Shown: positions 1 to 12,874, numbered from the stretch's first letter. The stretch: DNA of 64,000 nucleotides from Octopus vulgaris (GCA_951406725.2 OX597823.1:70370001-70434000); one strand, 5' to 3'. Notes: generated from the sequence alone by a model not told the origin. A program made the numbers and translations.

Positions 1-209
1 ATATTGAAAAGCCTCTTGCATATTTTTGTATATATAAAACTACTCTGTTCTTTCCTCATGTAAGTTGCTTGGGTTTAATTTAAGGGAAATTTAGTTACTG
101 TTTACTATAGGTTAAGTTATGGTGGTTTGTATAAGAGTTGTAAGTTAATAAGGAATGGTGTGACATAGTGGCTGGAAGAAATGACTGGCAATATTTTGAT
201 TACCTAAAT

Positions 210-430
210 CGGTGAGCTGGCAGAACTGTTAGCACACTTAGCAAAATGCTTAACAGTATTTTGTCTGGCTTTACATTTCTGAGTTCATATTCTGCTGAGG
301 TCAGCTTTGCCTTTCATCCTTTCAGAGTTGATAAAATAAGTACCAATTGAGCACTGTAGTCAATGTAATAACTTAATAACTGTAGTCCACCCCCCAAATT
401 GCTGGCTTTGTGCCAAAATTTGAAACCAAT
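210..430 (+). mobile_element. SINE family B
   Basis: ggtgagctggcagaa head, gagttca B-box and conserved gcctttcatccttt..gataaa.taagtacca domain. Confidence 0.75.
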
Positions 431-1563
431 ATTTTGGTTACCTTCCCACCACCAAATGTGGGGAAAATATCTAATCTATGAAAAAAAGTTATATATTTTA
501 TTAGAGGCTGAAACTTCTTCAGTCATTACCTAGGGTGTTACATTTCCAATTATTCAGTTGGTGAATGACAAACAGAATGACAATACCTAATGAAAAATAG
601 GGGAAAAAAACTTATTGAAATATTATTAGTTAACAGCACAGAAATGCATTTTATCTATTTAATTCCATACACATAACTATTTTCAATCACTTCAGTACCA
701 TGTACAAGAAACAGATAAGTATGGGAAATAACTTTTGTTGACTATATCAAATTCATTCTGACTTATATCAAATTTACATTTGCTACTTTTGCATTTTGGG
801 ATTGGAAAGAAAATTATCTTTATGATCTTTAAGTGTAAAGTATGGATTCAAGTGCCACTAAAAATTCTACTTTACCATCTATTATTAGGCTGGTAGTTAA
901 TTTTTTTTTTTTTTCCAAATTAATAACATGGAGTTGTTTTTGATATGTGTTAGTATTAATATCTGAAAGGAATCTATAGGATATGTAGTTATCACTTTCA
1001 TGTAAATTTTTAGATATGTTGAAAGAAACCTGGGTGTTTTTGACTGTTAAACCGTAAGGGTCGACAAAATGATATCCTTTTGATCTTTCTAAAACAGGAT
1101 TCTAGTCACTGCTCTGCTATAAATGCCCAACTTCAAGATTCTCAGAAATGAAACTGCCCCCCCCCTACACACTTCCTGAATAAGTTTTCAGCTATAGTTA
1201 AATCTATGCTCTGCTACTAATGGAGTTGTTGGGTTATCATTAATATCTTTTCCCTTCTATAGGAATATCATTAAAATCCTTTTCCTTCTGTATACCACTA
1301 CAATTTATTCCCTTCTCTGGGGATTATACTGCAGTGGTTCCGTCATTGCCTGGCTTAGGCTTATGCAAGGGTTTCCACTTAAAGGACTTATCAATTATGC
1401 TGTGTGGCATGAGTGCAAAATTGTACCACTGCTTGGGACCTTCATACTTTGAATTGATTTTTTTTGTTTTTTTTTTTGTTAGAATTAAAGTGTAATGCCT
1501 GTATCAAATTATGGACTATCATGATTTTTATATGATACCTTTTATTTTGTCTTCTCTTTGCAG

Positions 1564-1833
1564 AATTACCATCTGACTTCATTACATTATTTTCATCTAC
1601 TGGAAGAGACAGGTATTTCCATTTCCATCGGTCAGCTACGCTGGTACACAACATGTTTCAATCGAGTATTTATCCGTCTCGGTCAGTTCAAGCCTTTCTT
1701 CTTGCATATGTGGTTTTCATTTGGTGTTGCTTTTGGCTTGATTTCCATGGTGATATCTCTGTTTGTTCTCACTCTGATGGTTTTCAACACTTTAAGTCAA
1801 CAGCCTGTCGACCAGCAAGTATTAACACCAGTG
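1564..1833 (+). CDS. MBTPS2: MBTPS2 (site-2 protease) coding exon A, the first found in the window; the N-terminal exon was not found
   Basis: ttgcag acceptor at 1562-1563 and GTG|gtatgt donor at 1834. Translates NYHLTSLHYFHLLEETGISISIGQLRWYTTCFNR...WFSFGVAFG...QVLTPV, matching the animal S2P N-terminal region as recalled; 270 nt, phase 0. Confidence 0.9.
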
Positions 1834-2064
1834 GTATGTTGTTTTGATTTATCAGATGATGGAAGTGGTTGTAGTGACATTGGTTTTTGTTGGTGTTGTT
1901 TAATCTTAAAATAATCTTCAGTCTTATAGGTTTGAGTATGAAAATTATTTAACAATTTTTTAAAATGATATGAAATATTTTCTAGCTTTCTTGGCTCATT
2001 CAAAGAAAATTAAAATGTTCTGTATAATAACTATAATAATTTTATAAGCCATCAATATTCATTT

Positions 2065-2293
2065 TTAACTCTTTTGTTACCAACCCAGCTGAAACCGGCT
2101 CTGGCTCTGTTGTACAAATGCCTTGTTTTCTTAAGGTTTTAATTTAAATCTTCCACCAAATCTTAGTGACAATTTATGTTCCTAACACTAGCTGAATGAT
2201 AACTAAGTTATTTTACTAAATTCTTTGTTATATTTAAAGTAATTGAAAGAAACACAGAGCATCTCAAAATTAATACAGTAACGAAAGGGTTAA
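2065..2293 (+). mobile_element. TTAA-flanked (piggyBac-like) MITE
   Basis: ttaaCTCTTTTGTTAC...GTAACGAAAGGGttaa; an inverted second copy lies at 27743-27971. Confidence 0.82.
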
Positions 2294-2753
2294 AGGTTGA
2301 TGGATGATAGAATTAATAAAACTCTAATAAAAAGGCCTTGCAGCATTTAGGTACATCCTTTTATGTTCTTAGTTCAAATTCAGCTGCTGAAGTTGACTCT
2401 GCAGCTCATCTCTTCCCAGAGCCAAAATTTGGTACCAATAGTATATTGAGAATCAATTGAAATGACTATGTCTGCTACTTATGCCAATATAAGAAATCAG
2501 TTTTACTTTTGTATATTTTCTGAAATATATGTACAAGATTTATTTGCCAACTTACATATCTCATATCAACAACGCTTAAGCTATCCCTTCTATATATTTT
2601 CTACTTCTTATGGCAAAATCTATTGTACATAGTGATCTATAGACCTTTCTTGGACACCAACATATTTTGCTTACATTTGTAAGAGCTTTGCTTTGAAAAT
2701 GTGTTGTATCAAATATTGTTGTAGGTTGGAAGAATATGTTTACAAATATTAAC

Positions 2754-2796
<43 letters not shown>

Positions 2797-3109
2797 TTCT
2801 CTACTTGTTAATATTCTCTCAGAGCCAAAATATACTACCAGTAATATATTGAGAATCAACAGAAATGGTTGATGTTTCCTCTCCTGATCTCTGCTATTTC
2901 TGTTACATATCTGCTAAAATCTGTATCTGTTAAATTTTCAAGCAGTTATTTCTTATTTGCTAGCTGTATATTCATTTAATATTAAAACAAACTATTTAAA
3001 AATTTGACATGCATCAGAGATCATTGAAGAGGTCACATGACAAAGGATTTTGGAAAACGACAAATGGGAAGTTATAACAATGTGTTGTGTTAACATCATC
3101 ACCATCATG

Positions 3110-3360
3110 TGGAGATATTTGGCTTAGTGGTTTGGGTGTTGGACTCATAAACATAAGATTGTGGTTTTGATTCCTGGACTGGGCGACGCGTTGTGTTCTT
3201 GAGCAAAACACTTCATTTCATGTTATTCGAGTCCACTCAGCTGACAAAAATGAGTAACCCTGCGATGGACTGGTATCCCATCCGGGTGGGGAATATATAC
3301 GCCACGAAACCAGGAAACCAGCCCTTATGTGTCGCTATGACTCTAGAAAGTAACTTTACA
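3110..3360 (+). mobile_element. tRNA-derived SINE, further family
   Basis: tggcttagtggt / ggttttgattcc boxes followed by ttgtgttcttgagcaaaacact; a related reverse copy lies at 42440-42768. Confidence 0.7.
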
Positions 3361-3596
3361 TCATCATTATCAATTTAATATCCCCTTTTCCATGCTTGCA
3401 TGGGTTGGATGGTGTGCATTGCAGCATACTTTCTACAGTCACATGGCTTTCATGTTGCTAATCCTTACCTGTTTTCAAACAAAGTAATAATTCCCCATGG
3501 CCAGACGTTTTTTCAAAATATTGGAAATGAATGACGTTGCTACTATGACCATGGCACTCATTTACGACTGTCTTGTTAATTTCAACACACACTCAC

Positions 3597-3627
<31 letters not shown>

Positions 3628-3665
3628 ATGCGTGCACACAAAAGCTTGCCATAAATGTAAATAAG

Positions 3666-4183
3666 TACCGTAAATCCTCGAGTATAGTCTGCTCTTGAGT
3701 ATAATACGCAGGGGATTTTTAGGGGGCTGTACCTCTGAAAAACCTAAACGTTGTGTATAATACACACCCCTTCTCTAACTTGAGTCAAGGAGGTCTATAT
3801 AACGTCCTTGGTTTGTAAAACTGTATATGGTAACGTCCTTTATTATTATTGTACATATAACATAATGCAAACAATTTAGCTTTTTAGCGCATTTTGTTTG
3901 CAGAAAATAAAAGAAATAACAGTAATAAGGTTTAATAAATGTTGCTTACTGCAAGTTATGGATGATTCTTTTATGACTTCATTGCTTTCAGGCTTTGCTT
4001 AAGGTGTTTTCATGCCCGACATCACAAAATGCATCTGAATAAACATTGCGGGACAGCAAATAGAGACTCAGACATTGCTTAGAAAATAATTTTCATTTTT
4101 AACCTCGTGTATAGTACGCACTAGGGATTTTGACCTTTAAATTTTGTGGAAAAAATGCGGATTATACTCAAGGATTTACGGTA
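3666..4183 (+). mobile_element. TA-flanked MITE (Tc1/pogo-type)
   Basis: ~27-bp TIRs taccgtaaatcctcgagtatagtctgc / gcggattatactcaaggatttacggta. Confidence 0.85.
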
Positions 4184-4329
4184 ACCATCAAGTACTAGAA
4201 ATGATGTAATCAGCCGTACCTTTAAGATGATATCCCAATATGACTCCTTTCCAATGACTGAAATCAATAAAATAATAGGGTCCCATTTACTGTAACATAA
4301 TTTACTTTATATTGAAAATATATTTGCAG

Positions 4330-4433
4330 ATGCCAGGTGTGAACTTACCTACAAGCCAGATGTCATACTATTTACTGACTCTTTTAATTTGTGGAATCCT
4401 TCATGAATTTGGTCATGCCCTTGCAGCTGTCAG
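4330..4433 (+). CDS. MBTPS2: MBTPS2 exon B, containing the zinc-binding HExxH motif
   Basis: ttgcag|ATG acceptor and AG|gtaatg donor. Translates MPGVNLPTSQMSYYLLTLLICGILHEFGHALAAV(R), with HEFGH at 4402-4416. Absent from the ORF track. Confidence 0.95.
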
Positions 4434-4573
4434 GTAATGTTGATCCTTGTTCTAATTTACACACAGTTCTTTTCTTTTGTGTTTGATTTTAGTCTTTGCA
4501 ATACAATAGTACAGTACTGAAATGAAATTTTGACTATATCTAGCTTATATTATTGATTAAATTCATATATCAG

Positions 4574-5300
4574 TGATATACTTGCTATCACATCCAACAA
4601 AATCTAGTCAAAATGTACTTCCACTCACTTCAAATAAACAAGTCCACTAGTCCTGATGGTGTCACTTCTATAATTCTCAAACATTGTGCCCCAGAGCTAT
4701 ACTTACCAAACTCTTCATTCTCCCTCCCCCCTCTCTCTCTTTCTCTTAGATTTACCTTGCACTCTAGAAGTGTGTTAAAAATGTGTCCCATTCCCAAGAA
4801 AAGTAACTTACATTTTGCCAACTATCACTCCAACCATTCGTTTCTAATATCTTTAAAGTAATGGAGACAGCCATTAACAATGATGCCCACTTCTACCTTG
4901 AATCTCTCTCTCTCTTTAATGACCACCCTATGGTTTCTATAAAGCCAGATCCACTGATGACTTTCTATCCTTTGTCACCTACCATTGGGATTTCTATCCT
5001 TTGTCACCTACCATTGGGATTTTAGAGTAAATTGATAAGAGGCTCTTGCCTTGGAGAAATTCAGAGAAAGTTTTTGATCGTCTGATGTGCAAGTCTCCTA
5101 TAGAAATTTTCCTCCTATGAGCTTCACCCATCTCTTGTCCCTTGGGTCACTAGCTTCCTATCAGGTCGTAATGTTGCTGCATATCTTGGAAGAGCTGTTT
5201 CTGCCTTTCATTCTGTTTATGCCAGCATGTCCTAAAATTCTCCACCACTCTCTTCCTTGTATACATCAATGATATACTTGCTATCACATCCAACAAAATT
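4574..5300 (+). mobile_element. Degenerate CR1/Jockey-like LINE RT fragment
   Basis: KSTSPDGVTSIILKHCAPEL..PIPKK..ANY and FLVYINDIL motifs; bounded by a 30-bp direct repeat. Confidence 0.65.
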
Positions 5301-5627
5301 TATAATGTATGTACAAGTGTGGAATGGTGCTAGCTGTATTATTTTGTCTCAGGGAAACTTTTCAAAGCTACTTGCTTGCTAAAAAACAGAGGATTCCACT
5401 TAGAATGTCACCAGCCAATAGCCAGACACCAATGTTTTAACCTAATTTCATCCTCTCGGTGACGAATACCCACCACATTCTCAAGACAGTCTGAGCTAAG
5501 CCCAAAATTATTTGTTCCAGTAAAAAACACATTCACTTATTTGTGTGAAAGGTGACCAGGCTAGGATTATATATGTGCATCTGAAACAGCATTAGATTAA
5601 AATGATATATATATGTGCGTATGTATG

Positions 5628-5687
<60 letters not shown>

Positions 5688-6483
5688 CACACACACACAC
5701 ACACACACACATATAATTAGTGGTTTGGACTTTAGCTGTTCCTTCTAGCGTAAGGGAGTCCTATGATGGAAACTTCTTAATGTGTTTAAATATACACTGT
5801 ATTTCATATGAATAATATATAGTCTATTGACTAATTTTTCTATATGCTTGGCCACTGGTAGTAAAAATTTTAAAAATCTTTATTACCCTGATTTTATTAA
5901 TTATACACACATATAGATACTTATATCTATCTAGCTATCTGCCTACCGACCGATCGACCCCCCCCCCCCCACACACACACTTAGATTGTAAAGTTACATG
6001 TCTAAGTACATGTTATTCCAATACTGTTCTTTTTAATTCAGGTAGATTAATCCAAGTTGTGGGTGTTAGGTTTACATTAATTAGGTATAGCTAAGACTGT
6101 AATTTGTAAATGTGTATTTAGTAGTATGTAGGCATCTGGGTAATTGTTCTGTCAATTTGTTTATAATGTGCTCCTTTGTTAACAATATTGAGAGTGACTC
6201 TTTGGAACATAGCTGGCATTTCCACTATAATGTGTTGTAGGGACTTGCATGTCCCTACAGATAAAATCAGCTAGTGATGTTACATGTCATTTAAGGATTT
6301 TTTGAAAGCTAGCAATGTGGATATGATATCGAACTTTGAAAATATCTGCAAATTTCCTGAAGTAAATCCAACGGAAATGTACCACAACTACGGATGACAA
6401 CAGGTAGCTTAAACTGTGTCGGTGCCCTAATCAACATTTTAAACGCACTAATCTAATTATACGTAGACATCTAAATTTTCTAT

Positions 6484-6529
<46 letters not shown>

Positions 6530-6697
6530 GTAAATGTAATAATATTGTGGTCTCTTTCATTCTTTTGTTGTTTTACAATTTTTATCAATATATATATATA
6601 TATATATATATGTAGTTCCCGGGTTGATTCGGGGTTAACCACAGTAAGTAAGGTACTCAATACATAGCAGAGTAAAATTAATTTATTATATAGAAGG

Positions 6698-6748
6698 AGC
6701 TTCTACAGGACTAGTACTGTTTCATTCAAGAGAAATCTTCAGGAAGCT
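6698..6748 (-). ncRNA. Type I hammerhead ribozyme motif (PLE pseudo-LTR)
   Basis: Exact reverse complement of the motif at 11111-11161. Confidence 0.82.
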
Positions 6749-7171
6749 ATTTAACAAGAATTGTATTAGCATTTATACATTTAGAGGAGTGGTGGTGGGG
6801 GACTTTTTGGGGGTAGGCATAGCGCAAAATATCATACTTGGGGGAGTGGTCAAGGTAATAAAAAAAAAAAATAATAAAAAAAATAAAAAAATAAAAAAAT
6901 AAAAAGATAAAATAAAAGAATAAAAATAAAAAATATAAAAAATATAAAAAATATAAAAAATATAAAAAATATATAAAAAATATATATATAAAAAATATAT
7001 ATAAAAAATATATAAAAAAAATATATAAAATATATATATAAAATATATATATAAAAATATATATATAAAAAAAGGGGGGATAGAGTTATAGGTAAATAAG
7101 GAGATTCTCACTTATACCTATACACACATGTATACGTATCTACACACACATACGCACATACACATATATCT

Positions 7172-7228
<57 letters not shown>

Positions 7229-7579
7229 CCTACACATACACACATACATACATACAAATATACATATACATATATATATATACAATCCAATACAGGCCCA
7301 TTCCCTAATTTTAATTTTATTATCTTCATTTATTACTTTTGTTATCTTTGATCGCTAGGCTAAGAATCCTGGCAATAGCTGCTTGTCCGTTTGTCTGTCT
7401 ACTAGAAGGCAAGTACTCATTCCCGCACGCACACTCATTAGCACGTACATTCACCCATTCGTACACTCATACACATACACGTACGCACGCGTTATATTCA
7501 TACATACAAACATCTACATACGTTCACGTATATACACATACGTACTCGTACCTACAGATTCGTGTCTACACTTTAGGAG

Positions 7580-7601
7580 GCTAGTCTATACATATACACC
7601 A

Positions 7602-7636
<35 letters not shown>

Positions 7637-7686
7637 CGCATATACATACACACACACACATATATACTCCTACATACAGATACATA

Positions 7687-7744
<58 letters not shown>

Positions 7745-7934
7745 CATACACATACATACACATACACACATACACATACACACACATACATACACATATA
7801 TATACATACACAAACATATATACACACACATATATATACATACACACATACACACATACATACGTATACATACATACATACATCTATACATCCATACTTA
7901 CATGCATTTATACGCATACACACACCCATCTATA

Positions 7935-7971
<37 letters not shown>

Positions 7972-8252
7972 TCACACATACATATACAAATCTACGCACA
8001 CACATACATACATACACGTATACGCATACACGCACATACACATATACATGCGTACCCATACACGTGCACACACGCACGCGCATCCATATAAATACACACA
8101 CACATATATATATATACACGTGTGCAAGCATACATACATACTCATACGCGCACACATACTTACAAATACATATATGCACACACTTACACACATATATATA
8201 CATACACATATACATGCATACATACATATATGCATACATACACACACGCACT

Positions 8253-8314
<62 letters not shown>

Positions 8315-8627
8315 TATACATACATAGACACATATACACATACATACACATACACATACGTACACACACATATACACATATATATATATACATATATATA
8401 TATATACACATATACGCATACATATATACACATATACATACATATACATACACACACACATAAATATATACATATACACTGATACACATACCCATACATA
8501 CACATGCATATACTTATATTACTACATACTCACATATATAGACATATATACATATACACACATACATATATACATGTACATACACATACGCATGCATATA
8601 TATATATATATATACATACATATATAT

Positions 8628-8664
<37 letters not shown>

Positions 8665-8944
8665 CATACACACACACACACACATACATATACACATATA
8701 CATGTATACATACGCAAAAATGATACGCATATATACACATACACACACACAGACAGATGCATATACATACATATATATATATATAAACTACATATCTATA
8801 TAAATACATACATAATACACATATACACACACATATATATACATTCATGCATATACATATACAAGTATACATACACAAACATACACACACACGCGCACAC
8901 ATACATATACACACACACATATACAAATACATACATACACACAT

Positions 8945-8989
<45 letters not shown>

Positions 8990-9359
8990 CATGTACACAT
9001 ATACATATGTATATATATATCAACAAGGGGGGTAAAGTTAATTAGTTATTAATCAATTTCATCAAGTGTTCAGTATGTAAAGGGACCATTATTATTTTGA
9101 GTAAACAATGTTAGAGGGAAAAAAATTCTCTAAGTAGTGGAAGAGGCTAAAAAACTTTATTGGCTGCTATTTCTAGAAAGTTTAGTATGTGGCAAAGTAA
9201 TTTATTTTATTTTCCTAAGCCCTAATTATATAATATTTTATACATACATACACATACATAAGCACATACATTTACACATACATATGCATATACATATATA
9301 CACATATACATACAAACACATATACACATATACACACACACACACATACAAGCACATAC

Positions 9360-9398
<39 letters not shown>

Positions 9399-9413
9399 CA
9401 CATATATATACAC

Positions 9414-9454
<41 letters not shown>

Positions 9455-9630
9455 CACATATACACATACACACATATATATATATATATATACATATATA
9501 TTTTTTTACATGCATACATACACACACACACACATAATACATGCGTATATTCCTACTGTACCCATGCATTTCTATACATATATACATACATACATACATA
9601 CATATACACATATACAAGCGTGCACATATA
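7580..9630. repeat. Compound (TA)n/(CA)n/(TACA)n microsatellite tract within the PLE tail
   Basis: Directly visible; the source of dozens of spurious YIYI/HTHT ORFs. Confidence 0.95.
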
Positions 9631-9716
9631 ATATGTGAAAGGTCTTAGGAGAAAAGGTAATCGGGGGTGCTAGGGGAACAGTGGGGTTGGGGGGGGGGTT
9701 GTAGGGGGGGTTGTCA

Positions 9717-10337
9717 TCAATCAGGTTGCCGGGTAGGTCTATAGTTCTTGTAGTTCGCATACTTCTTATGCATACAGTTTGGGGAGTGTTCTGAAAATTT
9801 GTTAAGGAGAGGGCCTTTGGCGAACAAGATCTCTAGGCTCTCTGATATGCATAGGTCACAGCAGGTATGTCCTCCTGTGTACGAGCGCGCCTTCTGTAGT
9901 AGTTTCCACTTGGTCTTGAAGGGGATTGAGTTCCTTTTAAGGTACCAGATGTGGGCGGCGAGGGTAGTTTGGTTGGATTTATCCTGTCGCCGGAACGAGT
10001 GTGTATGTGCATGTCTTAAAGCTGTTTGACGTCATTCCAATGTAGGATTTACTTTTATCGTCAAGGCCTGATCTTACCTCGCATTTATATACTAGGTCCC
10101 TCTGTAGGCAGTTGTTGTTGAGGGGGCAGGTGGTTTTATCATGGCAGTTGCAATTGCTATCGGACGTTGGATGGGCCCCGGAGAAAGTAGATATGTTAAG
10201 TTTTTCACATTGTTGTTGGCTAAGTTCCTGGCTAGGTTGGGCGTGGTAGAGTAGGAGAGTCTAATAGTGTTCTTATTTAGGATAGTGTAGTACTTATGTT
10301 GGGTGGGGAAGTGTTTCTGTAGGAGAGTGAAAAAGAT
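9717..10337 (-). pseudogene. Frameshifted PLE C-terminus: RT thumb end, Cys motif and GIY-YIG endonuclease
   Basis: Manual minus-strand translation gives FTLLQKHFPTQHKYYTILNKNTIRLSYSTTPN / CNCHDKTTCPLNNNCLQRDLVYKCEV...SYIGMTSNSFKT / HTHSFR..TTLAAHIWYLK..KWKLLQKARSY..CDLCISE..LLNK..CMH, ending in TGA at 9717-9719. Confidence 0.88.
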
Positions 10338-10665
10338 CTTACATACGTGAAAAAGATCTACATACGTGAACGTATGTAGATGTTTGTATGTATGAATATA
10401 ACGCGTGCGTACGTGTATGTGTATGAGTGTACGAATGGGTGAATGTACGTGCTAATGAGTGTGCGTGCGGGAATGAGTACTTGCCTTCTAGTAGACAGAC
10501 AAACGGACAAGCAGCTATTGCCAGGATTCTTAGCCCTAGCGATCAAAGATAACAAAAGTAATAAATGAAGATAATAAAATTAAAATTAGGGAATGGGCCT
10601 GTATTGGATTGTATATATATATATGTATATGTATATTTGTATGTATGTATGTGTGTATGTGTAGG

Positions 10666-10724
<59 letters not shown>

Positions 10725-11110
10725 AGATATATGTGTATGTGCGTATGTGTGTGTAGATACGTATACATGTGTGTATAGGTATAAGTGAGAATCTCCTTAT
10801 TTACCTATAACTCTATCCCCCCTTTTTTTATATATATATTTTATATATATATTTTTATATTTATTTTTTATTTTATATATATATTTTTTTATATACTTTT
10901 TTATATATATTTTTTATATTTTTTTTATATTTTTTATATTTTTTATATTTTTTATTTTTATTCTTTTATTTTATCTTTTTATTTTTTTATTTTTTATTTT
11001 TTTATTTTTTTATTACCTTGACCACTCCCCCAAGTATGATATTTTGCGCTATGCCTACCCCCAAAAAGTCCCCCACCACCACTCCTCTAAATGTATAAAT
11101 GCTAATACAT

Positions 11111-11161
11111 AGCTTCCTGAAGATTTCTCTTGAATGAAACAGTACTAGTCCTGTAGAAGCT
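11111..11161 (+). ncRNA. Type I hammerhead ribozyme motif, sense to the MBTPS2 pre-mRNA
   Basis: AGCUUC-CUGAAGA-uUUC(UCUU)GAAu-GAA-ACAG(UACUAGUC)CUGU-A-GAAGCU. Stems I, II and III and the core are intact; the GUA triplet predicts cleavage after 11155. Confidence 0.85.
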
Positions 11162-11585
11162 CCTTCTATATAATAAATATATATATATATATATATATAT
11201 AGCATATATACTGTATATACAAATGTGAAACAGCACTTACCATAATATTTTATCTGAGAAACTTCTGAAAGAGACATGAATGTGTGTCATTAAGGAGACT
11301 AAATGAAACTGAAACATGTCTGATGATCCATTGATGACATTTTGAGCAAGCCCTGTGTTTTTAAACCCACAAGTCTCTTTAAGAAGTTTTTTTGGGTGGG
11401 AAGGGACAAAATATTACAGCTGGTGTCATTCCATGTTTGTATATACACTAAAAATGTTGTGCACGTAATTATTTTAATCTAATGTCATTTCAAGGATGTA
11501 TATTAATTTAATAAAGGCTTGATTTAATCGTTGATATCTAAAATGTCAAATGTTATATCAAATGTTATTTCTTAATTTTTGCTAG

Positions 11586-11832
11586 GGAACAAGTCCATGT
11601 GAACGGTTTTGGATTTTTCATCTTGATACTGTACCCAGGAGCCTTTGTTGAGATGTCCACTGAGCATCTGAAAGTGATAGCACCAATTCGACAACTGCGA
11701 ATATATTGTGCTGGTGTCTGGCACAACTTCATTATTGTACTTGCAGCATTGTTGGTTTTACTGCTGTTGCCCACATGTCTGTTGCCATTCTACACGATTG
11801 GAAACTCAGTTGTGGTCAGCTATGTAGTACAA
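11586..11832 (+). CDS. MBTPS2: MBTPS2 exon C
   Basis: gctag|G acceptor completes the Arg codon. Translates EQVHVNGFGFFILILYPGAFV...QLRIYCAGVWHNF...LLPFY...YVVQ. CAA|gtgagt donor. Confidence 0.95.
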
Positions 11833-11981
11833 GTGAGTGACATCTATCCCTTATTTGTTTAATTTGAAGTGTTCAGAACAGTTTCTTATCATAACTAAAA
11901 AATGTTGTAATATGTTAATTATAATTTTCAGAGAATGAAATAATTCAGTTACATTTTTAATTTTCTTTGTTTTAATTAATA

Positions 11982-12380
11982 CTAGCAGTATTGCTTGGCG
12001 TTGCTCGGGTTTGTTTTCTTTTCGACCCTTTAGAATTGGAATGTTTGAAAAGTAAAAATTTTGCTTTATGTAGCTTGTTATTCTCTTTAAGTTAACATTT
12101 TTCTGGTTGAAATACACCGAAAAATGGTGACACAGCTGTCAAAAAGTCTTTAAAAATTGGGATTTTCATAGGAAAAAGCACCTTTTTGATGTAAATAATT
12201 TTTGGTGTTAACATGGTCTGATTTGAATTTTTTCTTCTATGGAAGGAAGAGCATGCCTTCTTCTATCATACTCTCAATTTTGGTCAACTTGCGCTGCAGG
12301 GTCTCGGAGAAGATAGTGTTAGTTGAAGGCTACCAAACCTACCATACACAGACAACTTCAGCTTTATATATATAGATAGA
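11982..12380 (-). mobile_element. Non-autonomous Helitron
   Basis: Minus strand begins TC(tatctatatatataaagctg) and ends with a GC-rich hairpin remnant then CTAG, inserted between A and T. A related partial lies at ~24630-24835. Confidence 0.7.
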
Positions 12381-12397
12381 TTTAAAAGTGTAGCACA

Positions 12398-12786
12398 GAT
12401 GCAGGCATGGCTTTGTGCTACGCTTGCTTTCAAACCACATGGTTCTGAGTTCAATCCCACTGCTTGGACAAATGTCTTCTACCACAGTCTTGGACCAACC
12501 AATGCCTTCTGAGAGAATTTAATAAACAGAAACTGAAAGAAGCCCATCATGTGTACACGCATGTGTGTGTGTGTGTTTTTGTGTCTGTGTTTGTCCTCCA
12601 CCACCACTTGACAACTGGTGTTGGTTTGTTTACATCCTTGTTACATAGTAGTTCGGCAAAAGAGACCAATAGAATAAATACCAGGTTTAATACAAATAAA
12701 TAAGTGCTGGAGTTGTTTTGTTTGACTTAAATTCTTCAACATGGTGGCCACAGTCTAATGACCGAAACAAGTGAAAGATGAAAGAT
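12398..12786 (+). mobile_element. tRNA-derived SINE family A
   Basis: A/B-box head (ggttc..gttcaatccc), CORE-like segment, central microsatellite and gaaacaagtaaaaga-type tail; more than 12 copies in the window. Confidence 0.8.
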
Positions 12787-12874
12787 TGAATTATTAATTT
12801 AGACTGCTTACTTTGGACCAATCTCCATATATTTTTTAGGTGCATTTTATATTTATTTTGAAATATATTGTTAA

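Larger units (their letters stand above)
6612..11180 (-). mobile_element. 5'-truncated Penelope-like element with an inverted pseudo-LTR, inside the MBTPS2 B-C intron
   Basis: Arms at ~6681-7531 and ~10363-11178 are near-perfect inverted copies. Between them lie a microsatellite-rich tail and a GIY-YIG remnant. Both ends abut (TA)n, and each arm holds a hammerhead motif. Confidence 0.88.

Noticed and set aside
1-1563. MBTPS2 first coding exon
   Set aside because: No ATG-initiated hydrophobic ~25-codon exon with a phase-0 donor could be identified; it probably lies upstream of the window.
6350-6410. Hammerhead-like cctgaag...gaaa segment
   Set aside because: It lacks the CUGANGA/GAAA geometry with closing stems.
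6457-9631. Many long [12 protein letters not shown] ORFs, including the 314-aa ORF at 7383-8327
   Set aside because: Translations of (TA)n/(CA)n microsatellites, which lack stop codons by composition.
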